IMG/VR virus record: IMGVR_UViG_3300027679_000026
Coordinates: 1-30,140 of that record
Length of the DNA stretch: 30,140 nucleotides
Strand: one strand, 5' to 3'
DNA from: a virus
Taxonomy: Duplodnaviria; Caudoviricetes
Under the pieces are notes generated by a model. That model was not told the DNA's origin and did not search any database. It saw nothing but the letters and a program-made list of their open reading frames with translations. The position numbers were made by a program, and so were the translations under genes. Of this stretch, positions 1 to 7,576 are shown piece by piece (the stretch's first letter is position 1; each line of letters starts with the position of its first letter).

Positions 1-118
1 CTTTTTAGCTCGTTTTGCACGGGCTAATTTGGCTCGCTTCTTAGATCGAATCAAGCGTTCTTCTGGTGTCTTATGCGATGGATGTATGTACAGTCTATGT
101 GTGTTAACATATATTTGA
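1..118. repeat. Terminal direct repeat, left copy (circular assembly overlap)
   Basis: 1-118 matches 30023-30140. The first 99 nt are identical, with mismatches only at positions 100 (T/C) and 118 (A/G). Confidence 0.95.
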
Positions 119-366
119 AAATTGTTTAAAATGGCTTGAAGTCGGTTGGGGTTAATCAAATTCCTAGCCAGATTGTTTTCCATGTGTCCAATATAAGCGT
201 TGCACCCTCTATGCAGTACTGCCCGAATGTATCCTGTCTTGTGACAGTGATCTAGCACAGCTTCTTCTGGCAAGACCTGTTCATTGCATATAGCGCATAA
301 GCCTCGCTGTTCAAGCAAAATTTGCTCTCGTATGGGCTTAATATCTCGAAGTTTTAATTTAGTCAA
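1..366 (-). CDS. Recombination endonuclease VII (T4 gp49-like Holliday junction resolvase); gene continues across the circular join to a stop at 30017-30019
   Basis: Missing from the ORF track; translated by hand from TTG at 366: MTKLKLRDIKPIREQILLEQRGLCAICNEQVLPEEAVLDHCHKTGYIRAVLHRGCNAYIGHMENN...RAKKT* (123 aa). It has the CxxC...LDHxHxxGxxRxxLxxxCN signature. Confidence 0.88.
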   Translation of the reverse strand, partial: MTKLKLRDIKPIREQILLEQRGLCAICNEQVLPEEAVLDHCHKTGYIRAVLHRGCNAYIGHMENNLARNLINPNRLQAILNNFQIYVNTHRLYIHPSHKTPEERLIRSKKRAKLARAKRAKK

Positions 367-458
367 ATATCTTCTCGTCTTGCAAAGCCAGCCATGAATG
401 TGTTTTAGATCCTTTTAGAATAAAAAAACATTCATAGTCCGGCCGCCATTCCGCATCA

Positions 459-647
459 TCAGCTTGATGTAACCAATTGAGTAAAAGATTCTTCTCTATC
501 AGTTTGAGCATGTCTATCCTCAAATATTCTAACGGCATCTAGTTCCTTGATCAGTTGGCATAAAGTATTTACTGTTTGCTCTTGTGTTTGTGTAATTTCC
601 GAATCAGCTAGTTGTGTGTTGGCTTTGAGTTGGCTTAGTAAAGACAT
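459..647 (-). CDS. Hypothetical protein (62 aa)
   Basis: ATG at 647 (MSLLSQLK...) is preceded by an AGGA RBS (tttAGGAatacaATG) and a sigma70-like promoter. This start is preferred over the track's start at 710. Confidence 0.65.
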   Translation of the reverse strand: MSLLSQLKANTQLADSEITQTQEQTVNTLCQLIKELDAVRIFEDRHAQTDREESFTQLVTSS

Positions 648-664
648 TGTATTCCTAAACAACA

Positions 665-693
665 AGTATAGCAAACTTAGTGTTCTATTACAA
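665..693 (-). promoter_or_regulatory. Sigma70-type promoter for the 647 ORF / endonuclease VII unit
   Basis: Minus strand TTGTAA-N17-TATACT with an extended -10 TGn. Confidence 0.6.
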
Positions 694-713
694 ATCCTTT
701 GATTAAACAAGTC

Positions 714-721
714 TATAAATA
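714..721 (+). promoter_or_regulatory. T4-late-like promoter box TATAAATA before the glycosyltransferase (leaderless start)
   Basis: TATAAATA-ttca-ATG(726), with no Shine-Dalgarno sequence. Confidence 0.6.
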
Positions 722-725
722 TTCA

Positions 726-1793
726 ATGAAAAAGAAAATTGCTGTCTATGCTATTAGTTTAAATGAAGAGTCTTTTGTTCAAAGATTCTATGAGTCCTGC
801 AAGGATGCAGACTTGATTGTCATTGCTGACACTGGGTCAACTGATGGTACAGTTGAGCTTGCTCGTAGTTTAGGTATCCAAGTCTATACAATAACTGTAA
901 GTCCTTGGCGCTTTGACACAGCTCGTAACATAGCCTTAGGATTGATTCCTAAAGATATTGATATCTGCATTGCATTAGATCTAGATGAAGTAATGACTCC
1001 TGGTTGGTACGCAAGCGTACAAAACAACTGGAAGAGTGACATTACTCGCTTGCAGTACAGATTTGACAATCAAGGCGATATCTACAACTGCACCAAGATA
1101 CATTTACGCACAGGCTATCAATGGCGGCACCTAATACATGAAATGATTGAACCTGATGCTCGTATGACTGAAGTCTGGGCCATCACCGAAGACATACTTT
1201 CAGAGCATCATCCGGATCTGACTAAATCAAGAGGACAGTATTTGCCCATGCTGAATGCCAGCATTGCTGAGAATCCTTATGATCATAGAGACAGTTGGTA
1301 TTTGGGCAGAGAATTCTTTTATCACCAGCAATGGCTTAGAGCTATCAAGGAATGGGATAGATACCTAACCTTACCTGGTGCTACTTGGCATCATGAGCGT
1401 AGCTTTGCTCTGCGTCATATGGGGCGAGCTTACATGCATCTGGGTCAGCATGAACTAGCACTCAAGCATTTTAGAATGGCTGTAGACACTAGCCGTTTGA
1501 TCCGTGATACTTGGGTAGATCTAGCACAGGCCTGCTATGAACTTAAACAATGGCATGAATGCTATTACGCGGCCACACAGGCTTTGACCATCACAAGTAG
1601 AGAATATGTGTTTACCAGCACAGGTGAGCCTTGGTCATTTAAAACTTATGACCTAGCGGCATTATCAGCTTATAACCTAGGACTGCGTGAACAGGCTGTT
1701 GCTAATGGCACACAAGCTCTTGAACTAAATCCTGATGATGCTAGATTGTTTAACAACTTAGAATACTATTTGGCCTTGGCTATTAAGTCCTGA
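726..1793 (+). CDS. Glycosyltransferase family 2 with C-terminal TPR repeats
   Basis: N-terminal GT-A motifs (IAVYAISLNEE, ADTGSTDGT, FDTARN, DxD in LDLDE), then helical TPR-like repeats (YLGREF, ALRHMGRAY, DLAQACY, ALELNPDDARL). It is the only convincing plus-strand gene. Confidence 0.9.
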   Translation: MKKKIAVYAISLNEESFVQRFYESCKDADLIVIADTGSTDGTVELARSLGIQVYTITVSPWRFDTARNIALGLIPKDIDICIALDLDEVMTPGWYASVQNNWKSDITRLQYRFDNQGDIYNCTKIHLRTGYQWRHLIHEMIEPDARMTEVWAITEDILSEHHPDLTKSRGQYLPMLNASIAENPYDHRDSWYLGREFFYHQQWLRAIKEWDRYLTLPGATWHHERSFALRHMGRAYMHLGQHELALKHFRMAVDTSRLIRDTWVDLAQACYELKQWHECYYAATQALTITSREYVFTSTGEPWSFKTYDLAALSAYNLGLREQAVANGTQALELNPDDARLFNNLEYYLALAIKS

Positions 1794-2005
1794 AGACTAT
1801 TGCGTGTTTCTGGAAATACTGTTCTAGTCAAATGAAACATTTGCTTTTGGCTTAGAAATCCTCTATTACACCAAAAGTCATACAATTGATTGATGTATGG
1901 ATTATCGGAACAGTTATCCCTGGCTGCTAGCCAAATTTCTAACCATTCTTCTTCTGTTGGTGCATAAGCGTAGTTACTGCGTTTTAATATATCCTGGATT
2001 GCCAT
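1766..2005 (-). CDS. Hypothetical protein (79 aa)
   Basis: ATG with an upstream AAGGGG RBS, co-oriented downstream of the polymerase-like gene. Confidence 0.65.
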   Translation of the reverse strand: MAIQDILKRSNYAYAPTEEEWLEIWLAARDNCSDNPYINQLYDFWCNRGFLSQKQMFHLTRTVFPETRNSLQDLIAKAK

Positions 2006-2119
2006 TGTTTTTCCCCTTTTGAGTAGTTTAACATACTTGCGTATAGATGCCTAGCGAACTGGTTTTCTTGAGAACCGTAGCAGTATAATAGTAATATATA
2101 GAATAACAGTTAAGCAAGG

Positions 2120-3160
2120 TCACATGTCCTCATACTTGTTCCATTCAAGTTTGATAGAGTAACCAGTAGCTCTCCTTACTTCAAGTTCAACATCTAAAGG
2201 ATCAATGAAACCATCACTACACCAGCCATCATGTATCCAAAGACATTTGATCTTTCTCTTACGCAATAGCTTACGAATCACATCACCTACTTGATTTTCA
2301 AGTTCTCTGTAAAGCTGACTCTTTTCCTTTGAACTTAACCTCTGAGAGATCAATACTCCATTTTTATTTGTCACATACCTCTTAGGGAATTCCTCTTTAA
2401 GAACTTTCCATAAACTACGGATATCTGTTTGGATTCCTTGGAATACAGGATCATGCTTGAGATTAGTAATTGCGTTATATGAGTAGTTCAAACTTTGAAA
2501 TATCTTACCTCCTTGCCAGCAGGTAACAACTCCTCCTTGGAGAACTCCATTGATTACTAGTTTGACTTGACTGTTAGTGATTGCACAGTTAACAGCTATT
2601 TGATCACGGATTGCTGTACGGTTTAGGTTATATGCATCTAGGTCAGGTAGTGCTAGGTCAGGTGCTAGTTTTCTTGCTTTTTGCACTAGGAGATTTGACG
2701 CGGCGGCCTCTATGTCATAATGGTATCTGTAACCCTTATTGGCCATTAGACTACCACGGACTTGCTTGGGGATGTATTGTAGGTTATTGTATAATCGATC
2801 ACTCTTTTCAAGATAATCAAAGTCACCTGTTTCTAATTGCTGTTCTTGCAGATCCGTTAGCTTGGGCATGTGATTAGCCAATCCAGCGGCTTGTTCTACA
2901 AGTAGGATACCGGGTGAATTTTTTGTATACTTCTTACAAGTGCCTGTTTGTGCATTGTAGTAACTGTCTGCTTCTATTAGTAAATGCTCTTTAAGGTACT
3001 TGCCAAGAGGTCTACTGGTATTACCAAAGTGACGGTATAGTTCATTACGACTAATCCATACTTTCTGTAAATCCTTTGTATATAGTGCTACGAAACTCAA
3101 TGCTCGTTTTGTAGTTGCTAGTACACGAGGATCAGAGAACTTAGGAGTATATTGTTCCAT
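2120..3160 (-). CDS. Minimal family-A-polymerase-like protein (TV-Pol-like putative primase-polymerase / replication protein)
   Basis: Motifs in PolA order: DRLYNNLQYIPKQVR (cf. GRLSS..NLQNIP), motif A YDIEAAASNLL, motif B R..VK.VINGVLQG, motif C WIHDGW. No exonuclease domain. AAAGGA RBS. Confidence 0.65.
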   Translation of the reverse strand: MEQYTPKFSDPRVLATTKRALSFVALYTKDLQKVWISRNELYRHFGNTSRPLGKYLKEHLLIEADSYYNAQTGTCKKYTKNSPGILLVEQAAGLANHMPKLTDLQEQQLETGDFDYLEKSDRLYNNLQYIPKQVRGSLMANKGYRYHYDIEAAASNLLVQKARKLAPDLALPDLDAYNLNRTAIRDQIAVNCAITNSQVKLVINGVLQGGVVTCWQGGKIFQSLNYSYNAITNLKHDPVFQGIQTDIRSLWKVLKEEFPKRYVTNKNGVLISQRLSSKEKSQLYRELENQVGDVIRKLLRKRKIKCLWIHDGWCSDGFIDPLDVELEVRRATGYSIKLEWNKYEDM

Positions 3161-3210
3161 TGTTATTTCCTTTTGTTTAGAAGATTACTCAGCCATTTCA
3201 TCTCTCAGTG

Positions 3211-3218
3211 TATTTATA
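3211..3218 (-). promoter_or_regulatory. TATAAATA box upstream of the polymerase-like gene
   Basis: Minus strand AGTGT-TATAAAT-ACACT; the box sits inside a 5-bp inverted repeat. Confidence 0.6.
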
Positions 3219-3228
3219 ACACTCTTTG

Positions 3229-3257
3229 ATTATACACTTAAAATCTGGTAAAAACAA
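3229..3257 (-). promoter_or_regulatory. Sigma70-type promoter upstream of the polymerase-like gene
   Basis: Minus strand TTGTTT-N17-TATAAT, immediately after the 3271-3300 terminator. Confidence 0.55.
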
Positions 3258-3270
3258 ACAATTTGACAGC

Positions 3271-3300
3271 CAAAGAAAAAGCCCACTTATAGCGGGCTTT
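3271..3300 (-). terminator. Intrinsic terminator
   Basis: Minus strand AAAGCCCGC-TATAA-GTGGGCTTTTTCTTT. Confidence 0.8.
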
Positions 3301-3428
3301 GGAAAGGGTGTAGGGGAGTATGAGAATATGTCAATGGCTGTAGACAAAAGAAAAGGAATACATGATACTATACTAAGGAGCACCATGCAACATAACTTAT
3401 TGCAAGTTATGTGTTCTCCCCTACACTT
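3271..3428 (-). ncRNA. Candidate structured small RNA
   Basis: TAAATA at 3430-3435 upstream and a terminator downstream. An 11-bp closing stem pairs 3308-3318 with 3416-3426. Internal hairpins lie at 3390-3412 and ~3358-3388; the latter needs G-U pairs that form only on the minus strand. Confidence 0.55.
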
Positions 3429-3432
3429 TTAT

Positions 3433-3939
3433 TTATTTGTATCTGCGAATAATTCCATCATTAGTGACTGTTTCACTACAGGGTTGATTAGTTGGATTTG
3501 GTACTGCACAAATTGGTTTGGGTTTTGGCTTTTCACAACCTTCTACTCGAAAGTATTGAGTATAAGCTACTTGTACGGCATGTCCTCCAGAAACAAATCC
3601 TTCACCATCCGGGCTAACATAACGCTTACAAGTATTACAGCGTGTACGCCAATGCGGCAGCGGAGTTTCACAATAGCGTTGTTCAATAATTTGGTTAGGT
3701 ATAATGTCTCCGCAACCCAATTCACAACTTCGATGTTGGTCTTTTATTTTAACCAAATCAAAACCCAATGTTGGATTATCTGTAATCTCAACTGGCATTT
3801 GATATTCTTCACCAAACTCATCTACTTCTGTAATGTACTCAATCGCGGCTCTATGGTTAGCACTTTTGATTGGCTTACGATCTTTGAGTTCAGCAACTTG
3901 TTCGAGTCGCGCTCTAAATTCATCTTTGTTCATGCTCAT
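3433..3939 (-). CDS. Hypothetical Cys/His-rich, probably Zn-binding protein (168 aa; alternative start 3933)
   Basis: CELGC...YC...HW...CNTC pattern. The start lies in a palindrome containing TAAATA. Confidence 0.75.
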   Translation of the reverse strand: MSMNKDEFRARLEQVAELKDRKPIKSANHRAAIEYITEVDEFGEEYQMPVEITDNPTLGFDLVKIKDQHRSCELGCGDIIPNQIIEQRYCETPLPHWRTRCNTCKRYVSPDGEGFVSGGHAVQVAYTQYFRVEGCEKPKPKPICAVPNPTNQPCSETVTNDGIIRRYK

Positions 3940-3953
3940 ATTTAAATATGAGC
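3934..3953. repeat. Perfect 20-bp palindrome GCTCATATTTAAATATGAGC
   Basis: Self-complementary; contains TAAATA on both strands. Confidence 0.9.
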
Positions 3954-4044
3954 CTTAAATTAGACCTTAGATGTGAAGCCATTGGTCTATGTACTCTGCG
4001 GTCTATAAACAATAAATTATTTTTTTGGTACTGAAAAACCACTG

Positions 4045-4078
4045 AAAAACCTAGCCTGCTGACATCAACAAGCTAGGT
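4045..4078 (-). terminator. Intrinsic terminator ending the structural/fibre operon
   Basis: Minus strand ACCTAGCTTGTTG-ATGT-CAGCAGGCTAGGT followed by TTTTC. Confidence 0.8.
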
Positions 4079-4106
4079 AAATCAGTGTTCAAAACCTAGA
4101 TGAGTC

Positions 4107-4430
4107 TTAAGCTGAACGGTTCTCTATCTTAACTCTAAAATTTCTAGCATCCACAAGTCCATCAGTAGTAGTTACTTTGACTGTGACAACATAACTTTTA
4201 CCTAGTTGTCCATTTTTAAGTTCAATGTAAGTCTTAGTACCTTGTATGCCTGAAGTTACTCTTAGCAATGGGTCTGGATCATTTACACGAGCTTGTATTG
4301 AATAAACGGCTGTGCTTAATGCGTCGCCTGTTGGCAACCATTCATTCCATTCAAATGTATAAGTTAGTTCAGCTTCTGGGTCTTTGGTGATCCATAAATT
4401 TTGGTTGATTACTTCAAATCCTGTAGTCAT
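4107..4430 (-). CDS. Virion fibre adaptor-like small beta protein
   Basis: KDPxAxLxYxxxWxxWLxxGD...GxxGxxYxVTVxxxTxxG...RxFxV pattern, typical of small phage structural proteins that follow fibre genes. Confidence 0.6.
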   Translation of the reverse strand: MTTGFEVINQNLWITKDPEAELTYTFEWNEWLPTGDALSTAVYSIQARVNDPDPLLRVTSGIQGTKTYIELKNGQLGKSYVVTVKVTTTDGLVDARNFRVKIENRSA

Positions 4431-4435
4431 AATTG

Positions 4436-6958
4436 TTATCCTTTAATTGTATATGTTCTATCTTCGCCAGCAATAGTCCATAATCTGTTATCATTTTGTA
4501 TAATCCAAACTCTAGTATCTGCCGGAATAATCCAAGTATCACTGTAGTCTAAGTTAATAACTCTACCAGTAGATACTTCAAATGCACCAACAACTAAGTT
4601 AGCAGTAGCTCGCTTGACATTACGAGTACTAGCAAACAGAATTGATGTTGTAGATAGTGATGCACGAATAATTCTGCTTTGGCTAGCATTAACAACAATG
4701 TTGGCTTGGCAACTTATAGTTGCAGTACCATTTCTTCTTCTTGTTGCTGTTGTAGATAATGTAGCAGTAGTTGTTAATGTTGCACTAGTTCTACTTGTCT
4801 TTTGGTCAACTGTTAGTTTACTTGCGCCAACAACTAAACTTGCGCCAAATTGTTTAATGCTTCCAATAGTTGCTGTTTGTGTTGCTGTTGTAGATAATGC
4901 AACAGCAGATGTTCTATTTCTAACAGCACTAGATGTTAATACGGCTGTTACTGATAATGAAGCACTGTCACCGCGTGTTCTTGTATCAGCAATTAATGTT
5001 GAACCAATGGTTTCTAAGCTAACACTAAATTGTTTAACTCTAACTAAGTTAGCTGATAGGCCACTAGTAGATGTTAACGCCGCGGTGAATACACCAAACT
5101 GTTTAGTTGGAATAGAATTCAAGCTAGCACTAGTTGTTAGTACTGCACCAAATCCTCTTGTTCTAACATCTACTGTTAATTCACTGGCATCTACTGTTAA
5201 ATTACTACTAAAGCGTTTAATTCTTCCTAAGTTTGCTGTTATTGCGGCAGTTGTATTAAGAGTTGAACTAGTATTAACAGCCTTGGTAACATTGGTATTT
5301 AGGCTTGCAGTTGTTGTTAAAGCCGCCGGAGTTTTAACAGTTTTATTGGCATTGGTTACTTGTGTGAATATTGCTGGAACAGTTGCACTACCATTTCTAA
5401 TTGGTGTACTTGGATCATCATTAAAGTCAGTATCAAAATGCAATAAGATACTGGTGTAATCATTATTTCGCCATGGTGCGGTTGGAACTGTAATTGTAGT
5501 ATCAGTAGTTACATTGATTAACTCATCAGTCAGCATTACTTCGTCAATGTAATAATCAACAGGACGAGCATATTGACTTTCAGCGACTGAGCTTGAACTA
5601 CCAACAATTAATGGACCTGTATTGGTGCGCCAAGTTGTATTACTTGTACTTGTACCATAAGCAACCCTAGTACCATTAATATATCTTGCGTAATGGCTTC
5701 CATCATCTAAAAAGCGGTAATGATTCCAAGCACCATAATTAAAAGCACTACTATCGCTACGGAAACTTGTATCAAAGGTATTAGCAACGGCTTGGCCTGC
5801 TGTTGGAGTAATACTAATTAAACCAAATATTGTAAAGTCAGCAGGTTGGCTATCCACATAAAACCAAAAGTCTAAAGTCTTCCAAGTAGTCCAGCCTGGT
5901 TGGTAATCATACCTTAAGAATGGTTGTTGATTTGGAACTTGATAATCATAGATAGTCCAAGTAGCCGCATCTGTACTGGTATAGTTACCTACATGCCATT
6001 TTGAATTAGCGTAGATTGCTCGGGTAGTTGAACTTGCCCAAACACCGTTAGCACGGTATAGTATATTATTAGTTTCAATTAATGGAGTTGATCGTACAGT
6101 CCAAGTAGTTCTATTAGTACTGGTTAAGATAGTTGTAATAACACTATTATTACTATAAGCAACCCATAGACTGTTAGCATAGGTAATGCTTAATAAATCA
6201 ACAGAGGTTCCGCTAGTCTGCAATGTCCATGTAGTAATATTTGAACTGGTATAAACCATACCAGCAAGACCACTGATAACCCAATTAGTACCATCTGTTG
6301 CAATGTCAGTAGGTTGTTTGCTTGTTCCACTGACTATAGTTGCATTAGTCCAAGTTGATCCGCTGTTAGTACTATAATGATAGTGAATTACATATCTGCT
6401 GTTACTGGTTTGTAAGGCTTCAGCAACTACGACCATATTTGCGCCGGCGACAGCTGATGACTTAACTACATATCCACTATAACCTGTTAATGTTGGGCCG
6501 CTAGATCTTAATGACCATGTTGATAAGTCAGAACTTCTGTAGACATCGCCTGTTTGTAATAAAATTACATAAAATCCATTAACATAGTTAATTTCATATA
6601 TGGTTCCGCCAATCGATGAGTTAGACCAATTAGTCCAACTAGTACCATTAGCACTGTAACTAATATAAATTGAACTACCATCACTACCAATGACAAAATA
6701 CATGCCATTGAGGTAAGTTAATTTATTAATAGATGCAAATGGCATTGTAATGCCACTACTAGTTTCTGTCCAATTAACACCATCTGTACTTTTATGCAGA
6801 TAAATGTTAGTATCATTAAGGTTTTGGTTATCTAAGCGTAAGGCAAGATATCCAGCTGATCCATATACAGGCCCATGACTTAACCCATGCCCTGAACCAC
6901 GAGCCTCAAACTTAAGACCATTGTTAAATTCGCCGTTATTGGAAATTAAAATTGTCAT
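4436..6958 (-). CDS. Fibre/receptor-binding protein: Asp-box/beta-propeller-like N-terminus, LamG-like domain, Ser/Thr/Ala-rich repeat shaft
   Basis: Repeated SxD/NGxxWT boxes. TLDFWFY..WNHY..YINGTR..IDEV resembles ConA/LamG. Roughly 19-aa A/S/T-rich repeats follow, and the C-terminus has WIIxxDxR repeats. Confidence 0.7.
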   Translation of the reverse strand: MTILISNNGEFNNGLKFEARGSGHGLSHGPVYGSAGYLALRLDNQNLNDTNIYLHKSTDGVNWTETSSGITMPFASINKLTYLNGMYFVIGSDGSSIYISYSANGTSWTNWSNSSIGGTIYEINYVNGFYVILLQTGDVYRSSDLSTWSLRSSGPTLTGYSGYVVKSSAVAGANMVVVAEALQTSNSRYVIHYHYSTNSGSTWTNATIVSGTSKQPTDIATDGTNWVISGLAGMVYTSSNITTWTLQTSGTSVDLLSITYANSLWVAYSNNSVITTILTSTNRTTWTVRSTPLIETNNILYRANGVWASSTTRAIYANSKWHVGNYTSTDAATWTIYDYQVPNQQPFLRYDYQPGWTTWKTLDFWFYVDSQPADFTIFGLISITPTAGQAVANTFDTSFRSDSSAFNYGAWNHYRFLDDGSHYARYINGTRVAYGTSTSNTTWRTNTGPLIVGSSSSVAESQYARPVDYYIDEVMLTDELINVTTDTTITVPTAPWRNNDYTSILLHFDTDFNDDPSTPIRNGSATVPAIFTQVTNANKTVKTPAALTTTASLNTNVTKAVNTSSTLNTTAAITANLGRIKRFSSNLTVDASELTVDVRTRGFGAVLTTSASLNSIPTKQFGVFTAALTSTSGLSANLVRVKQFSVSLETIGSTLIADTRTRGDSASLSVTAVLTSSAVRNRTSAVALSTTATQTATIGSIKQFGASLVVGASKLTVDQKTSRTSATLTTTATLSTTATRRRNGTATISCQANIVVNASQSRIIRASLSTTSILFASTRNVKRATANLVVGAFEVSTGRVINLDYSDTWIIPADTRVWIIQNDNRLWTIAGEDRTYTIKG

Positions 6959-6967
6959 TATAGATCC

Positions 6968-7567
6968 TTATTCCGGCTGAGCCAAAGTAACCTTGGCATA
7001 GTTTGGATACAAATCTGCTTGCAATATTGCACCTGTTGGCGCAATGATCTGTCCTTGTACTTGAGCAGTAACACCTATACGGATGGCACGGATAGCTGTA
7101 GCTGTTAATGTTGCTGTTGTTGATAAACTAATTACTTCATTAGCTGTTACTCTAGCTGTTAAGGTTGATGAAAAAGCCGCAGTAACAGCGGCTTGATTGT
7201 TTCTAACACGGCTATTGCCGATAGAGATTGTGAAAGATGCATCTTCACTTGCACTAACATGGAATACTCTGCTGGCACTTGTTGCCACACTGAATACACT
7301 TGCAACAGCAATATTATTACTTCTTATTCGTCCTGCTGAGGCAGTTAAGGTTGCGCTGGAAGTTAATAAACTTTCATCATTGCGTATTGGACGAGCTGTA
7401 ATATTAGTTGTAAATGCACTAGTAATGGCTACAGCCGCTTGCTTAATAACTCCGCAAGTTGCAGACATTGTAGTACTAGTTGAGATAGAAGTTTCAGCAT
7501 CGGCCAGACGGACAAAATAACTTTCGTCTATGTAGCCTATCTCAAAATAACTAATATCTTGTGTCAT
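6968..7567 (-). CDS. Ser/Thr/Ala-rich virion fibre-associated protein
   Basis: N-terminal YFEIGYIDESYF motif, then the same type of A/S/T-rich repeats as the 840-aa protein. Confidence 0.65.
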   Translation of the reverse strand: MTQDISYFEIGYIDESYFVRLADAETSISTSTTMSATCGVIKQAAVAITSAFTTNITARPIRNDESLLTSSATLTASAGRIRSNNIAVASVFSVATSASRVFHVSASEDASFTISIGNSRVRNNQAAVTAAFSSTLTARVTANEVISLSTTATLTATAIRAIRIGVTAQVQGQIIAPTGAILQADLYPNYAKVTLAQPE

Positions 7568-7576
7568 TGGTTGTCC

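Noticed and set aside
2006-2119. AT-rich gap downstream of the polymerase-like gene as an origin or promoter
   Set aside because: Only a weak imperfect hairpin and no properly spaced -35/-10 or iterons; insufficient support.
3226-3945. 239-aa plus-strand ORF
   Set aside because: It is antisense to the 168-aa gene, crosses a terminator and the structured RNA, and has an implausible composition. Its RBS-like starts are better explained as the complement of the sRNA, though this is not formally excluded.
6958-6970. 199-aa and 840-aa genes are in frame across TAA GGA TCT ATA ATG (possible read-through or split gene)
   Set aside because: TAA is rarely read through, the spacer contains an AAGGA RBS for the second gene, and in-frame spacing has a 1-in-3 chance.
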